DNA of 64,000 nt from Heptranchias perlo (Eukaryota): contig NC_090342.1 of assembly GCF_035084215.1 (NCBI RefSeq), positions 45,694,001 to 45,758,000 of the forward strand, read 5' to 3'. The translations under genes and the position numbers were made by a program. Positions 35,201-44,910 of this stretch are shown here, one piece after another. Numbering within the stretch: the stretch's first letter is position 1; every line of letters begins with the position of its first letter. Under the pieces are notes generated by a model. That model worked only from the letters and a program-made list of their open reading frames with translations. It searched no databases and was not told the DNA's origin.

Positions 35201-38200
35201 CAAGTCTGAAACCTGGACGAACTCAAGTGGATGCCAAGTAGCCACAAGGCTCTGCTTCCAAATCTGTGCCTAATATATCCACCTCCCTTCTCCTTCTCCC
35301 CCTCCCCCCCACCCTTTCCAGTTTGCAGATAAGTGCAGACAAGTGCCAGTGAAACCAGGCAAAACACTGCACATTGCACAACTTTCCTTTGTTAGGGTTT
35401 TACCCAGATCACAATAAAATCTTGGAGCATTTATGACTCGATTTCTAAATTCTGTTTCCCAAAGGCTTTGAGCATGTACTGCAACATTCTGTACCCTCTC
35501 CACATAGCATTGCAGTCATCTCTGCAATGATCCTTAACGAACACTATTCCACTGATTCCCATTCTCCTGCTGCTAAAAGAAATTTTAAAAAGAACTTGCA
35601 TTTATACAGCACCTTTCACAACTTCAGGGTGTCCTATAGTGCTTTACAGCCAATGAAGTAGTTTTGAAATGTCGTCACTGTTGTAATGTAGGAATTGCGG
35701 TAGCCAATTTGCACACAGCAAGGTCCCACAAACAATAAGTGACCAGATAATCTCTTTTTAATGAAGTTGGTTGAGGGATAAATATTGGCCAGGACACCAG
35801 GGAGAACTCCCCTGCTCTCCTTCGAATAGTGCCATGGGATCTTTTACTTCCACCTGAGGGGGCCTGGGTTTAATGTCTCATCCGGAAGATAGCACCTCCG
35901 ACAGTGCAGTACTCTCTCAGTACTGCTCTGAAGTGTCAGCCTCGATGTTGTGCTCAAGTTCCTGAGGTGGGACTTGAATTTTCTGACTCAGAGGCGAGAG
36001 TGCTACCACTGAGCCACAGCTAAATGACCTTTAAAGAAAAAACAACGCCAGAAGATGTGGTTGTGTTGTGAAACTTGTTTATAGGAGACACACCCCTCGA
36101 CCAGAGCTCTCCAACCTGCAGCTCCAGGACCATCTGTAGCCCCTGAATCCTGGCAGTCAGCTCATGGAAGCCCAAGCAAAGTCAGTCCTATTAGTGCACA
36201 TATTTGTTATTTGATAGTTTGTCCTGTTTTCATTTTGTAGGCTTAGAAGTTTGGAAAAGGCTATTTTTGAGCAGTTGTTTCATTGGCAGATAAATACTAA
36301 GTCAGAACACCAAGATTTGTTACATCTATGCAAATTAATGAGATGTATCATTAAATATATGTAAATTGATAGGTATATGGATTTGAACTTTATACGTAGC
36401 CCTGAGGTTCCATGGTACAAACCTATGTGGAAACCCTTGCCTCAGACTTTCCTATGGAGGGTATAACTTGCCATATTTTTAATATAAATGGTGGCGAGTA
36501 GAGACATACATTTTCACAGCCTCCCTACCCCTGTCCCCGATCACCATGTTCTCAAATCCTGTGCTTACCACAGGCTGCAGCATGAGAGACTAACACATAA
36601 AATGTCAGCCCACTGAATGTTCTGTGCATTTCAGGAAATGATCACATGCAATACAATCTTTGATGGAGAAGCTGTGGATCCAGGTAAATGGACATCTTTA
36701 ATACTTTTTCACGGTTATAAATGTACATGGGCCATGGTATTTTTCTGGGTAAAATATCAGCTGCTAGTTTCCTCCCTGCCTTTCTTTTCCTTTTTATGTT
36801 GGGACCCATCTTGGTTTCTTGTACTGTCCCTCTGCTTTCATTCTGCTCATTGCTTCTCTTATTACTGTTTCAGCCTTCAATCCAAGCAACTCTTGCCATT
36901 GATAGTCTCCTCAGAGAACCTTTCCCTCAAATCAGGCCTTCTATTTCTCTCTCTCGTTGCAAGACTCCCCCTTCAAACTATTCTCCACAAGCATGAAAGC
37001 AAAGCCTGGCATGGACTTAATCAACATTTGACTTCCTTCAAGTCTCACTCCCTCCCTACATGGTACATGGGAACAACTCCACCTGCACATTCCACTTCAT
37101 GTCACACACCATCCCAACTTGGAAATATATCGCCGTTCCTTCATCGTCGCTGGGTCAAAATCCTGGAGCTCCCTTCCTAACAGCACTTTGGGAGAACCTT
37201 CACCACACGGACTGCAGCGGTTCAAGAAGGCGGCTCACCACCACCTTCTCAAGGGCAATTAGGGATGGGCAATAAATGCCGGCCTCATCAGCGACGCCCA
37301 CATCCCATGAAAAACATTTTAAAAATACACACAGTCTCAATTCTTCTCAGTGCAATCGCTGAATCATGACCTACTCCATGCCCTTCAGTGGTGTGAGGAA
37401 CATCTTGCTCTCTCTCACTGCAGGACTGCTTACTTGACATTAAGGCTGTATTACCCCATATTTTACCTGCCTTCCACCATCATACTTTTCAGACAACTAA
37501 ACAAATCCAAATTATGTCACTTTCCTTCTGAAAATGTTGACCTTTGAAGATGTTTAGTAAGGGGAAAAAAAATCAAACAACACAGTTGTCACAGAATTAA
37601 ACATCACTCCTTGTCATTTTGGGCCCTTGGAAGAGAATTTTCAGACTGTTGGATTACTTACTGCTTGAAGTTCAACCAGGTGTGTCTGTCCTTTTCCCGA
37701 GTGAGATTTTCAACAACATGCCTACAGGTGGGGCAATTCCTTGCTGTTCCTGCTAATTGTTCAGGTTTATATGGGGGGAGGGGGCAGTGGGAGTTCTGTA
37801 ATTTCCATCTGCTTCCAATGATTTTCAGAATTACAAAGTGAAGTGGTGACTGGAGCAACTTAAAACTATTTTGATGCCCAATGAAGGGAGCAATAATTCC
37901 CTCCAGCTGGATTTGGCAGAATCTGAGGCAAGATCTTTATTTTTAAATTGCATCCAGGCCAGATTCATATGCTGGATCTGATAATTCTACTTAACCTTTC
38001 TGTTAGCAGTGCTCCTTATTTCAGATTTCAAGGTGGCTAAATACCACCGACAGTAAAGTGTAACATTCAAATTTAAAAGCTTATTGTCCAGGCAGGAACA
38101 ATAATTGGAACAGGAATCCTGGCCTATTTCAGCAGGTGATGAGCCTTTATGTCTGACTTTCTGAAAATGTCCTCCGATATTATTATTTGAAATCTGGAGG

Positions 38201-39707
38201 CCCATTTCACCACCTTTCATAAATATTATTTAATCCTGATGATTTGTGTGCCTGAATTAAAAATCAGTTCAAGGAAGATTGACATGGTTGCAGAACAAGT
38301 CCCACATCAATGTGGTTGACTCTTAACTGATATTCTGAAGGGGCCTTGTAAGCCACTCAGTCGTATCAAACCTCAAGAAGGCGGCCCACCACTATCATCT
38401 CAGGGCAACTGGGGATGCGCAATAAATGCCAGCCTTGCCAGTGACGCTCACATCCTGAGAACGAATAATAAAAAAAAAATTGACATAAAAGGCATGATTT
38501 TAGCCCTCAAGATCAGGTGGGTTGGGGGCGGGGGGCGGGGGGCGGGGGGCAAACAAAATCGATGTTTTTAGAAGCGGGCAGATATCCCGGCTCCAACCCG
38601 CCCATTTTTGCATTAGACCCAGGCAGATCTGTGTACGTGTGCACAGCAGTCACCAGGAAGTCCGGTCCCCACTTAAATCCGGTGGGCCGATACTTAAAGG
38701 GGCAATGTATCTAATTGAGATACTTAAAATACTTTATATTTTGTGTATTGGGCACTTAAAATGATTTTAACCTTACCTGTTTGAGATTCCCATCATTTCA
38801 GATTCACACCAGGTGAAAGCAGATGGGAAGGACGGGATCAATGAACAATACAGTAAATAAATTAAATAAAATGACATTTTCCATGCTAAAAAAAGTTAAC
38901 AAACATAAAATCTTAAAACCAATGCTGCCTGGAGCGCCTGATCTCTGATGTCAGCTGGACGACACCTCCCCCCACCGATGTCGGCTGGAAGACAACCCCC
39001 CCCCCTTCACTTTCCCCCTCCGATCTCCAATGTTTCCCAAAGCCCGGTGATCTCTCTCTCTTTTTCTCCCGCCCCCCTCTCTGATGTGCAGTTCCTCTCA
39101 TTGCCGACAGGCTACCAGGCTGGCTGGCGTGCGCGAAACTCGGAAGCGCCATTGATTGGCCTCCGTGACTCGCCCACTTACCTTCCGGGTTTCACACCCA
39201 CAAATCCATCCCACCCGCTCACTTCCCGCCGCCATGACCCAATATTTTCAAACCAGGTAAATTAGAATCAGATGAAAGTTTAAGGAGTTATTTGGTTTTA
39301 GTGCACAACCCACAAAAACGAATTCATGCACTCAACAGTATTCGTGGCCTTTTTAAAAACCTGTTGATATTGAATATTTACTTAATGTTTCAGTCACAGG
39401 CAATGTATATCAATATAGTACAAACTCTGGAGCTAGACGTTGGAAGGATACAAAGTTGCCCCTGAATGATTACGGGAATGCTGCTGCTGAAACTCTGAAT
39501 TTTAGACCCAGTACCGACAAAATCAACGGGACAACTTTGACTCAAAACAGTCACCTGAAGGATGTCGATGCGGCCCAGAATGCACAGCAGAAGACACCCA
39601 ATGACCAAACTCCTCCAAAAACTCCTTCAAAGCTTGGAAAACAGACCAAAGTTGCACCACAAATACCAGAGCCACCTCAAGCTCAAAATTCTTTGGCTAA
39701 TGTATAA
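5098..39707 (+). CDS. CDHR3: Cadherin-related family member 3, 5'-partial spliced CDS of 17 exons (806 aa + stop)
   Basis: All introns are GT-AG with matching phases and the exons total 2421 nt. Cadherin motifs (LDYE, DVNEPP, DRD, DVNDN), a TM segment WYIPFLITLCCLLLLGMLGYL and a tail NTIFDGEAVDPVTG..GARRWKD closely match my recollection of human CDHR3. Confidence 0.95.
5442..5680 (-). mobile_element. SacSINE1/DeuSINE-like fragment
   Basis: Matches the fuller copy at 35592-36021 (TTGCATTTAT..CAGCCAATGAAGTA..GAGGGATAAATATTGGCCAGGACACC). Confidence 0.75.
6614..6763. mobile_element. Palindromic MITE (Harbinger-type ends)
   Basis: GGGGGTGAAA...TTTCACCCCC termini, flanked by TAGT on both sides. 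Confidence 0.65.
6955..7823 (+). mobile_element. CR1 LINE RT fragment
   Basis: YLDFQKAFDKVPH, QGSVLGP and KFADDTK motifs, with frameshifts. Confidence 0.95.
7926..8312 (+). mobile_element. Tx1-type LINE 3' end
   Basis: INSVREAL*SAQNLLVFQLKELSTTECCRLAHSKVQKYVLWDALKRGAAYAKALWGKATV*, then an AT-rich UTR with AATAAAGTATATTTT. Confidence 0.7.
8657..8748 (+). CDS. CDHR3: CDHR3 exon (probable exon 4)
   Basis: cacag|CT...TCA|gtaagt; VYVDFLENLAVDAMIYEVQATDPDRADVLS. Confidence 0.93.
8795..9180 (-). mobile_element. LF-SINE-like element
   Basis: Reverse complement resembles the recalled LF-SINE consensus (TGTGCTGAGTTTGCTGATCT..GGAAAAATCAGC..CGCTATCCAG..CCCAACATGAGTCACCACCTTCAGG). Confidence 0.7.
9876..9973 (+). 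CDS. CDHR3: CDHR3 exon (probable exon 5)
   Basis: tttcag|TAT...CAG|gtaaca; YSVNSPLVTINPNGKNGVILAAKTFDYEKDFH. Confidence 0.93.
10082..10186 (+). CDS. CDHR3: CDHR3 exon (probable exon 6)
   Basis: ttgcag|C...CA|gtaagt; FSVLVTVKDAAGNNVTGIVVVNLINVNDNWPVFK. Confidence 0.95.
10486..10524 (-). ncRNA. Minimal type I hammerhead ribozyme (minus-strand copy)
   Basis: Mirror image of 10566-10604. Confidence 0.7.
10566..10604 (+). ncRNA. Minimal type I hammerhead ribozyme (Penelope-associated)
   Basis: TTCAC-CTGAGGA-A-GGAGG tag CCTCC-GAAA-GCTT-GTGAA: stem I TTCAC/GTGAA, core CUGAnGA, stem II, GAAA, palindromic AAGCTT helix III, NUH = CUU. Confidence 0.75.
10795..11178 (-). mobile_element. tRNA-derived SINE, same family as 4192-4548
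   Basis: Reverse complement of the 4192-4548 element (GAATTCAAATTCTCAAACTGCCAT..TCTCTGGATTATTAGTCCAG..CACTACCGT). Confidence 0.7.
11364..11512 (+). CDS. CDHR3: CDHR3 exon (probable exon 7)
   Basis: ttgcag|A...G|gtacgt; NKMTFDISEEKPPNSVIGKVTAYDADDNG...FFTIDS. Confidence 0.95.
12682..12871 (+). CDS. CDHR3: CDHR3 exon (probable exon 8)
   Basis: ctgcag|TT...AG|gtacct; TGELIVSAIIDRDNRPFRD...DVNDNQPFCFPHTH. Confidence 0.95.
14850..15440 (+). pseudogene. Decayed PIF/Harbinger (HARBI1-like) DDE transposase
   Basis: QLVCDHWYRIMYINAH*SDSYHDS and VEQSIRMLKQRFQSFGRS..GVLQCSP motifs. Confidence 0.7.
15598..15827. mobile_element. Palindromic MITE
   Basis: Long inverted arms TGATTTTAAACCC..GGGCGGGTGG / CCACCCGCCC..GGGTTTAAAATCA. 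Related termini at ~30835 and ~38494. Confidence 0.65.
16470..16726 (-). mobile_element. SacSINE1/DeuSINE-like 5' part
   Basis: tRNA head on the minus strand (GGCTCAGAGGTAGCACTCTC..GGTTCAAGTCCC) plus central domain. Confidence 0.75.
17515..17762 (-). pseudogene. Myb/SANT-like second gene of a Harbinger transposon (decayed)
   Basis: RSSAFFEDVVLEVLLQVVLLQRSVTI...AWMEVTERVNVAS resembles Harbinger Myb/SANT proteins. It is convergent with the transposase at 14850-15440. Confidence 0.55.
17795..18245 (-). mobile_element. L2 LINE 3' fragment
   Basis: TTGCATTTACATAGCGCCTTTAAC..GAGGGAATTCCAGAGCTTAGGGCC L2 tail. Similar pieces at 25805-26125 (-), 43550-43745 (+), 45660-46015 (+) and 58290-58800 (-). 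Confidence 0.7.
19005..19170 (+). CDS. CDHR3: CDHR3 exon (probable exon 9)
   Basis: gtttag|T...GTG|gtatga; IQVPETIEKGTTIVTISCKDNDVDLANSQF...NNSTIV. Confidence 0.93.
19310..19820 (+). mobile_element. LF-SINE-like element interrupted by a MITE (~19549-19676)
   Basis: AAAATCAGCTGGAGTTCCTGCTCCTGATCACT core. Inserted GGTAGATCTTGACTTTGT...ACAAAGTCAAGATCTACC palindrome. Confidence 0.65.
20625..20960 (-). mobile_element. CR1 LINE 3' fragment
   Basis: GGCCATTCAG..GAGCCTGTTCCACCATTC..GATCATGGCTGATCTG 3'UTR and ORF2 end. Confidence 0.8.
21200..21981. mobile_element. GC-rich non-autonomous DNA-transposon-like repeat
   Basis: Shares the GGGCCAG(A/G)AGGAGCAGGA(A/G)TGCT motif with ~50090-50660 and ~62735-63210. 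C-rich low-complexity core. Confidence 0.5.
22337..22439 (+). CDS. CDHR3: CDHR3 exon (probable exon 10)
   Basis: tggtag|GTT...G|gtaaat; VIGDLDFEAVTTLDDDNVYVMSVVVTDIAPPHYQ. Confidence 0.95.
22660..22915 (+). mobile_element. CR1 LINE ORF2 C-terminal fragment
   Basis: RLEKLGLFSLE..EKLFPLAGG.VTRGHKFKI motif. Confidence 0.8.
23382..23480 (+). CDS. CDHR3: CDHR3 exon (probable exon 11)
   Basis: atctag|AT...A|gtaagt; TVTVYITVMPVNEFRPSFTQTSYTFNISEFSE. Confidence 0.95.
24066..24600 (-). mobile_element. CR1 3'-tail fragment, interrupted by a Penelope insertion
   Basis: CATAGGAATAGGAGTAGGCCATTCA (24066-24090) resumes as GCCATTCAATTAGATCACGGCTGATCTG (24513-24600). Confidence 0.8.
24091..24512 (+). mobile_element. 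Penelope-like element 3' fragment: GIY-YIG endonuclease C-terminus plus terminal repeat
   Basis: CPRAWYIGKTMQTLRQRMNGHR...VGEHFSSQGHS...GLNQDLGF, followed by a hammerhead-like repeat at 24421-24459. Confidence 0.88.
24601..24638 (-). pseudogene. tRNA-Ala(AGC) 5'-half retrocopy
   Basis: Minus strand GGGGAATGAGCTCAAATGGTAGAGCGCTCGTTTAGCAT versus recalled vertebrate tRNA-Ala-AGC GGGGAATTAGCTCAAATGGTAGAGCGCTCGCTTAGCAT (2 mismatches in 38). It ends just after the anticodon. Confidence 0.8.
26217..26455 (+). CDS. CDHR3: CDHR3 exon (probable exon 12)
   Basis: ttccag|TA...ACT|gtaagt; GTKVGQVLAEDKDFP...FWINPTSGEIHLVAQPDYEATAQYFLTVQA. Confidence 0.95.
26993..27145 (+). mobile_element. SacSINE1-like 3' part
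   Basis: Reverse complement of the 5442-5680 segment; ends GGCGCTATATAAATGCAA. Confidence 0.7.
27620..27925 (+). mobile_element. LF-SINE-like fragment
   Basis: GGTAGGGGTGCTACATTG..CCCTGGGCT..GGGTTCCC.ACTCCTGAT..GTGAGGACAAGATCGGG..ACTGGAGGGC. Confidence 0.55.
27989..28160 (+). CDS. CDHR3: CDHR3 exon (probable exon 13)
   Basis: ttctag|GTC...G|gtacgt; VTVSILPTNDEPPECQP...VGTNIQGFQLSCTDRDSSPQSLRYSITL. Confidence 0.95.
28241..29075 (-). mobile_element. CR1 LINE 3' fragment
   Basis: ORFs 28408..28668 and 28684..28989 (LGLFSLEQRRLRGDLIEVFKI), plus tail. Confidence 0.9.
29970..30217 (+). CDS. CDHR3: CDHR3 exon (probable exon 14)
   Basis: tatcag|GT...ACA|gtaagt; NINNHFRLSPNAGSNITKLILALPFDYTHGVDKVTDYKLIVQITDDNL. 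Confidence 0.96.
31520..31695 (+). CDS. CDHR3: CDHR3 exon (probable exon 15, transmembrane)
   Basis: tcacag|CCC...CT|gtaagt; NTYQADAWYIPFLITLCCLLLLGMLGYLTHLLAKYI. Confidence 0.95.
32865..33995 (+). mobile_element. CR1 LINE RT and 3'UTR fragment
   Basis: ORF 32996..33766 (PQGSVLGP, KFVDDTK) and a TTCTTATGTTCTT tail. Confidence 0.95.
34795..34808 (+). CDS. CDHR3: CDHR3 14-nt micro-exon (probable exon 16)
   Basis: Strong pyrimidine tract, ttccag|GATAGAAGAACAAG|gtgagt. Phase 2 to phase 1 joins the neighbouring exons. Confidence 0.85.
34910..34950 (+). CDS. CDHR3: CDHR3 41-nt exon (probable exon 17)
   Basis: atatag|AA CCC (AAG)7 CAC AGT GTG ATT GTG|gtgagt, giving EPKKKKKKKHSVIV. Phase 1 to phase 0. 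Confidence 0.85.
35592..36021 (-). mobile_element. SacSINE1/DeuSINE-like SINE, near full length
   Basis: tRNA head GCTGTGGCTCAGTGGTAGCACTC, central domain and L2-like tail ending ATAAATGCAAGTTCT. Confidence 0.8.
36635..36683 (+). CDS. CDHR3: CDHR3 exon (probable exon 18)
   Basis: tttcag|GAA...G|gtaaat; EMITCNTIFDGEAVDP. Confidence 0.93.
37060..37322 (+). mobile_element. Non-LTR LINE 3' end, same family as 59655-60258 and 63343-64000
   Basis: AAATATATCGCCGTTCCTTCAT..CAAAATCCTGG..CACCACCACCTTCTCAAGGGCAATTAGGGATGGGCAATAAATGCC. Confidence 0.8.
38490..39270. mobile_element. Non-autonomous DNA-transposon-like element
   Basis: Left end ATGATTTTAGCCC..GGGTTGGGGGCGG is related to the MITE at 15598. 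GC-rich interior. Confidence 0.45.
39394..39707 (+). CDS. CDHR3: CDHR3 terminal coding exon (probable exon 19)
   Basis: tttcag|TC ACA GGC...; TGNVYQYSTNSGARRWKD...NSLANV TAA. Confidence 0.93.
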
Positions 39708-39917
39708 GTTTTGCTGAAATGAGAGTAAAATTAATATAGTATTTTGCAAATTAAATTAAAATTGTGTGGCTATCTTTGCTTGGTTGCCCGACCTTCCATA
39801 TTAAAATGTAGCCCTGGAACTAAAATCTCTCTGGGGCCTCCTGTATCACTGGCATGCGGGCTGGCTGTTCGCCCCAGCCCCACCTCCCCCAGCAATATAT
39901 ATTATAATCTCATGCTT

Positions 39918-39923
39918 AATAAA
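39918..39923 (+). terminator. Candidate polyadenylation signal of cdhr3
   Basis: First AATAAA about 210 nt downstream of the stop codon. Confidence 0.45.
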
Positions 39924-41289
39924 ATAATGTTGTAGAGGGTCTTCCTTCAGTAGTTATTTCAGAGGAATCCATCCAATACAAAACAGCAATTTTGATGTCA
40001 ATGTTGCATAAGCAACAGACCAAAAATAATGTACATTTATTTCAGTTGTACAGTGAAATTTGTTTGAAGTGAAACTCAGTTTCACATTGTCTCCTGGCTA
40101 TGGTTACAGAGTTTAAAATGTTTAAACACGTAGGACTGATTATTGTAAATGCCTTGCATGTGTCAAAATGTGCTCTTCAGAAATCGAACAGAATGTTTAT
40201 GTAACAATTTAGCATTAACAAAGTTGAGAAACTCTTCGGTTTCATGACTTCTGAATAGTATTCAGTGTACATATTAAAAGATTTACTGTGACTTTGCAGG
40301 AACACTTTATTTATTGCATTTCTTGACATTATTTAAGTCTTCTGGGTTATTAATCTCCATTGATTCTTCAGAAAAAGTCCCTCATTTGCTTTTCTCGAGG
40401 CATTTTATAATCAATCACACAAACAAAAGTTTCATACGGAATCCACAACTGCATTTATAGGTCTGACACAATTGCTATAGCATTCCAAACTACTCTTTGT
40501 GGGAAACAGAGATAGACATGAACTATGCATACAAGGCTGAAGTAAAGGCAAGATGACATCCAAGCTGTCCTACAATGAGTTGAGCACCTCTCACATGCTG
40601 GTGCACAGCAAGCTCCACCGCCATCCCAGCCATTTAATATACACATTGGGAGAGGCCACGCAAAACCTCCATATGTGTCTAATGCTCTGCTAGCATCCTT
40701 CTCTTCATGGCAGGAGCTGTGAGATCATCATCCATGGTTGACATGTCTTACACCTCCACTCAACAACATCTGGTTTCATTTCCACATCTGCATCCTTTGG
40801 GAGTTCTTGACTATTGTGCTTAGAGAATACCCATATGCCTCTCTGGTGATTCAGTTATGTGCCCTGTTAGTCATGTGAAGCACACAATTATGGAGCCATA
40901 TTGGAATTGGAACAAAATTGTCCATGGCCATGACTGGGATGGCGGTGGAGTTTACTGTGCGCCAGCATGCGAGAGGTACTCAACTCATCGTAGGACATCT
41001 TGGACAGCTTGGATGTCATCTTTACTTCAGCATTGTCTGCAAGATGTAAATTCAATTCTGCTGCATGCAATTATGGAGCCATTTTGGAATTGGAACAAAA
41101 TTGTCCATGGCCTGACATTTCAACAACTTAGTCTGCTTCACAAAATCCCTAATGATGGTAACCGTCCAAGGTAGGGCTGGGTACTAGGGACTTCTGACAT
41201 GGCTGATTGTACAAGTATAGTTACTGTGAAAAGACAGATACTCTGGAGTACTTACAATGTGCACATAATCGAGCTGCAGTATTGTGCAA

Positions 41290-41800
41290 ATTGTGCAATG
41301 ATTTCTTTCATTTTATAACAAACAGTGCAAACATATACCAGTTGTTGCAAGTTGTGTGAGGTAAGAGTGTCTTCAGATGACTAACAGCCATTGTGAGGTC
41401 ACTAAATTTCTTCTGACACTGCAAGGCGTTTCTACAGGTTATGGAGATCCCACTTGCAGCCACAACCACCACCTTCCATATTGGACATGCTGTTGCTCTC
41501 CCGGGTTGATTTGAATGAATGAGGCCATGAGCTTTCGAGATCTGGCTGCTAAGTGTCTGGCATGCAAGGCAACCCATCTATCCACCCCATCTGGCTTCCA
41601 CCATGATATGTGTAGCCGTATATGTACATCATCTCCCATCAGCGCACCCACAACAGCTATGATTCATCCATCGATTTGATGGGAGACCCCATAATCATCT
41701 TCCCTGATTTTCCAATAATGGCATCTCTTCTCTAATTTGTGCCAGCAGCATTGCCACATCAGCCTCTGAACAATTAGAAGCTCGCCTTTAGCTCCAGCCA
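41290..41800 (-). pseudogene. Decayed Harbinger Myb/SANT-like gene fragment
   Basis: ASNCSEADVAMLLAQIREE and WKVVVVAASGISITCRNALQCQKKFSDL motifs. Confidence 0.55.
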
Positions 41801-44800
41801 TTTCACTTCCTCTTCCAAGAACCTGCTCAGCCGTTTAAATAGGAAAATTTTGCCCTTGCTCTGCCCCCTTCCTGAATTTTTTGGGCTCCCCCTGCTTATT
41901 TAGCCCCCTGTTGCTGGAACGCCTGCCCTTGTCCTGCCAGCATTATTTAAATCAGCTGACCCCAGAATTTCTGACTGGACAAGCCTCCTCCAATTTCGCC
42001 CGGCATAAGTTCCACTCTTAACGTTGGCAGATCAGGGCGCCAGGAATTTCCAGGGCAGTGAACAAGTGAAGGCAATCCAATCGCCTTATTCCAGTAATCA
42101 ATACCAATAGTTGATAGCACCTTCCCTGATGAAAGAAGACTTCCAAAATTCGGGAAGGGGGTCAGAGCAAGGGTGAAATTTTCCTATTTAAGCAGCTGAG
42201 CAGGTTCTTGGAAGAGGAACTAAAGGCGACCTTCTAATTGTTCAGGCGCTGATGTGGCAATGATGCTGGCACAAGTTAGAGAAGGAAGAGATGTTTAATA
42301 TTATACTTTGCTGATTCACTGCCACTGTTGCATTGATAAAATAATGGAGTACTGTAAAGTACTTCTTGTAACTGGCCCTTATTGGCTAAGGATTGCCTGG
42401 CCAACTAGCCATCAATTTTAAAGAGGTTCATAGAATCACAAAGATTTATATCAGAGTAAAATGATTAACATGGGGCAGACACCTCAGTGCTCCAATGGGT
42501 TTACTAAAAGAGGTGAAAGCAGGGCACTAATGCACCAGCTAGCAGTATTATACTGGCTGATAACATGGGACAAAAGACTTGACCTGGGAATGCCATCCAG
42601 TGCTGTATTGTGTAGTTACCTTATCACAGCATGCACTGATTTAAAAGGTGTCCAGTTAATAAATTTCACGGTTAATGATTAAAGATATGAGAAACATGAT
42701 AAACTAGGATTTGTTTTTGAAATCGTTGTACTTAGAACTTTAGGTACTTTACATCAACCAGAGACATAACCCAGAAACTGGCAACTGGAGTTCTACAGCA
42801 TCGACACACATGGAATGATTAATCCTTTGAAAGTGCTGTTCATAGTTACAATTCTTGGAGGAAGAGGTAAATTCAGTTTTAGTTGCACACTTCTTTACGA
42901 TAAATTATCTGCTGTACAAAAGCAGAGATGTAAATGCTTGAGTTCTTCACTTGATTACAAATTGTATTTAAAGCAGCTTTTTGAATTAGTTTCAACTGTT
43001 GGGTTTTTTAAACTAGAGAATGCTTGCCCTTAGTACTTTTTTTAACAATAAAATCCATTTTCAATAATTTTATATGCACCTTGGTGCTACACTGAAATGA
43101 ATGATGGAATAGCATTTGGAGACCTGTTGTCAAAATTGTGCTTTGTGATGTTATATTATAATGAACACATTAAAATATTTGTATTAATTTTTTCCCCACT
43201 ATTTTAACAAAGAGGTTAAAAAATAAACAAACGGGTTCATGTCGAGACCCTGGATGAACAAATAACTGAAGTTTTAATTTGTGGTAAATAGCTCTGCTAA
43301 TTGCTGGGGGTTCATCTTGGGAGCTGGATCACTAGATGATGTGAATTCATTTGATCAAGTCACCATAATCGATCTGGCAGTACGCCAATTGTGAACTGAC
43401 GTTTCTATGAGTTCTGAAAAGCATGTTAACCGAGTGAAATGTCACTAGTGAATTAAAAATCACCGCTAGTTATGTAATTGCAGCAACAAAAAACATTGAT
43501 GGAGAACATTTTAAGCTGTGATTTTTATTCATTGTTGAAGTGAGTTGTGTAATTATCCCTAAACACCTCTGCCTCTCTACCGCTCTCTCCTCCTTTAAGA
43601 CACTCCTTAAAACCTACCTGTTTGACCACTTATCCTAATGTCTCCTTATGTGGCTCAGTGTCAACTTTTGTCTGTTAACACTCCTGTGAAATGCCTTGGA
43701 TCGTTTCACTACGTTAAAAGTGCTGTATAAATGCAAGTTGTTGTTACATTTGTTACTCAAACAATGAGGATTTGCGAAGACCTTCTTCGTGAATGGAACA
43801 AACATAGATGGAATTTTAAAACATGGTCTGGAACTCTGCTTTTCTGTGGGCTTTAAATAGGCTTTGTGTTTCTTTCTGTAATTCATTAGTCTTAATATAT
43901 TCCAGATAATCACTTTTTATAGATCTTATTTAAACTGGGATTAGTTCGAGAGCCAATTAAAATAAAAATTACTATTGATTAGTAATCAGCAGGCACACAT
44001 TACAATATCTGTTTATTTTTCTTTTTCAACATACCTCAATTGCTGATGGTCAGTAATACTGAGTACTACCTGAACCTGACCTGGTCATTGTTTGTTGTTA
44101 CTATAGATTTTAACCAGCTTTATTAGCGAGCTGCAGATTTAAGGGAAATTCCCAATAAGAGGTTCTGGAACACTCTTCAGCCCCAAAATACTCCCCTTTA
44201 CATGTGCCTTACATATTCAAAGAAAAGCTTGAAAACATACAACCTCAATCAATGAATGTCTAAAAATGAGATAATTTAGCCTAGGAATTGGTAGAGGTAC
44301 AGCAATCATCTTTCAGATTTTAGAGGAGGTGGGTAAATTGTGATTGCTGGTTATAAAAAGGCAACCAGTTTTACAACATAGGATCATATTTACATATTAA
44401 GAGTTTTGCAGAAAACCAACATCAATGTTTATAATACAATCTGTGATTGGCATGTCCATAAAATTACTGAGCTTTAACATATAATTTACATCAGACAAAT
44501 AAAGGGCACATGGCCACACATTGCTATTGTCGCTCAGCCCCTCCCTCACTTTCTACAGAAAGCTCAGTGATCTCAGGGGGGTACAACTCGGGCTGGGGCC
44601 AAATTATGCCCAAGTGGTATTGCTGCAACTAGACGTGGAAACACCAAATAAAATTAAAGCCCATGAATTTGTTGAAATGTCAGTAATATACTGCACAAGT
44701 TAGGAGTTTGTTGGTAATGAATTCTTTAAAAGCATGCAATGTCACACATATAACATCACAGTCCACCCTTTGTTGAAGGTCCCAAATTACAGCGAAATAG

Positions 44801-44910
44801 TCTGGATGAATTTCAATGGCAGTCAATGGGGCCAAGAGAAATAAATTGAAAGAAAATGTCCCACTTACTGTTTTGTGTGGACTTCCTGCCAAGTGCTCCG
44901 TGGCGGCAAT

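Noticed and set aside
36617-37180. 187-aa hydrophobic ORF
   Set aside because: Only 36635-36683 is a real exon. The rest is pyrimidine-rich intron and a LINE tail read through by chance.
44893-44910. Possible degenerate PBS next to the 44911 LTR (minus TGCCGCCACGG)
   Set aside because: It needs a mismatch in the invariant TGG, I could not match it to a tRNA, and no internal coding sequence follows.
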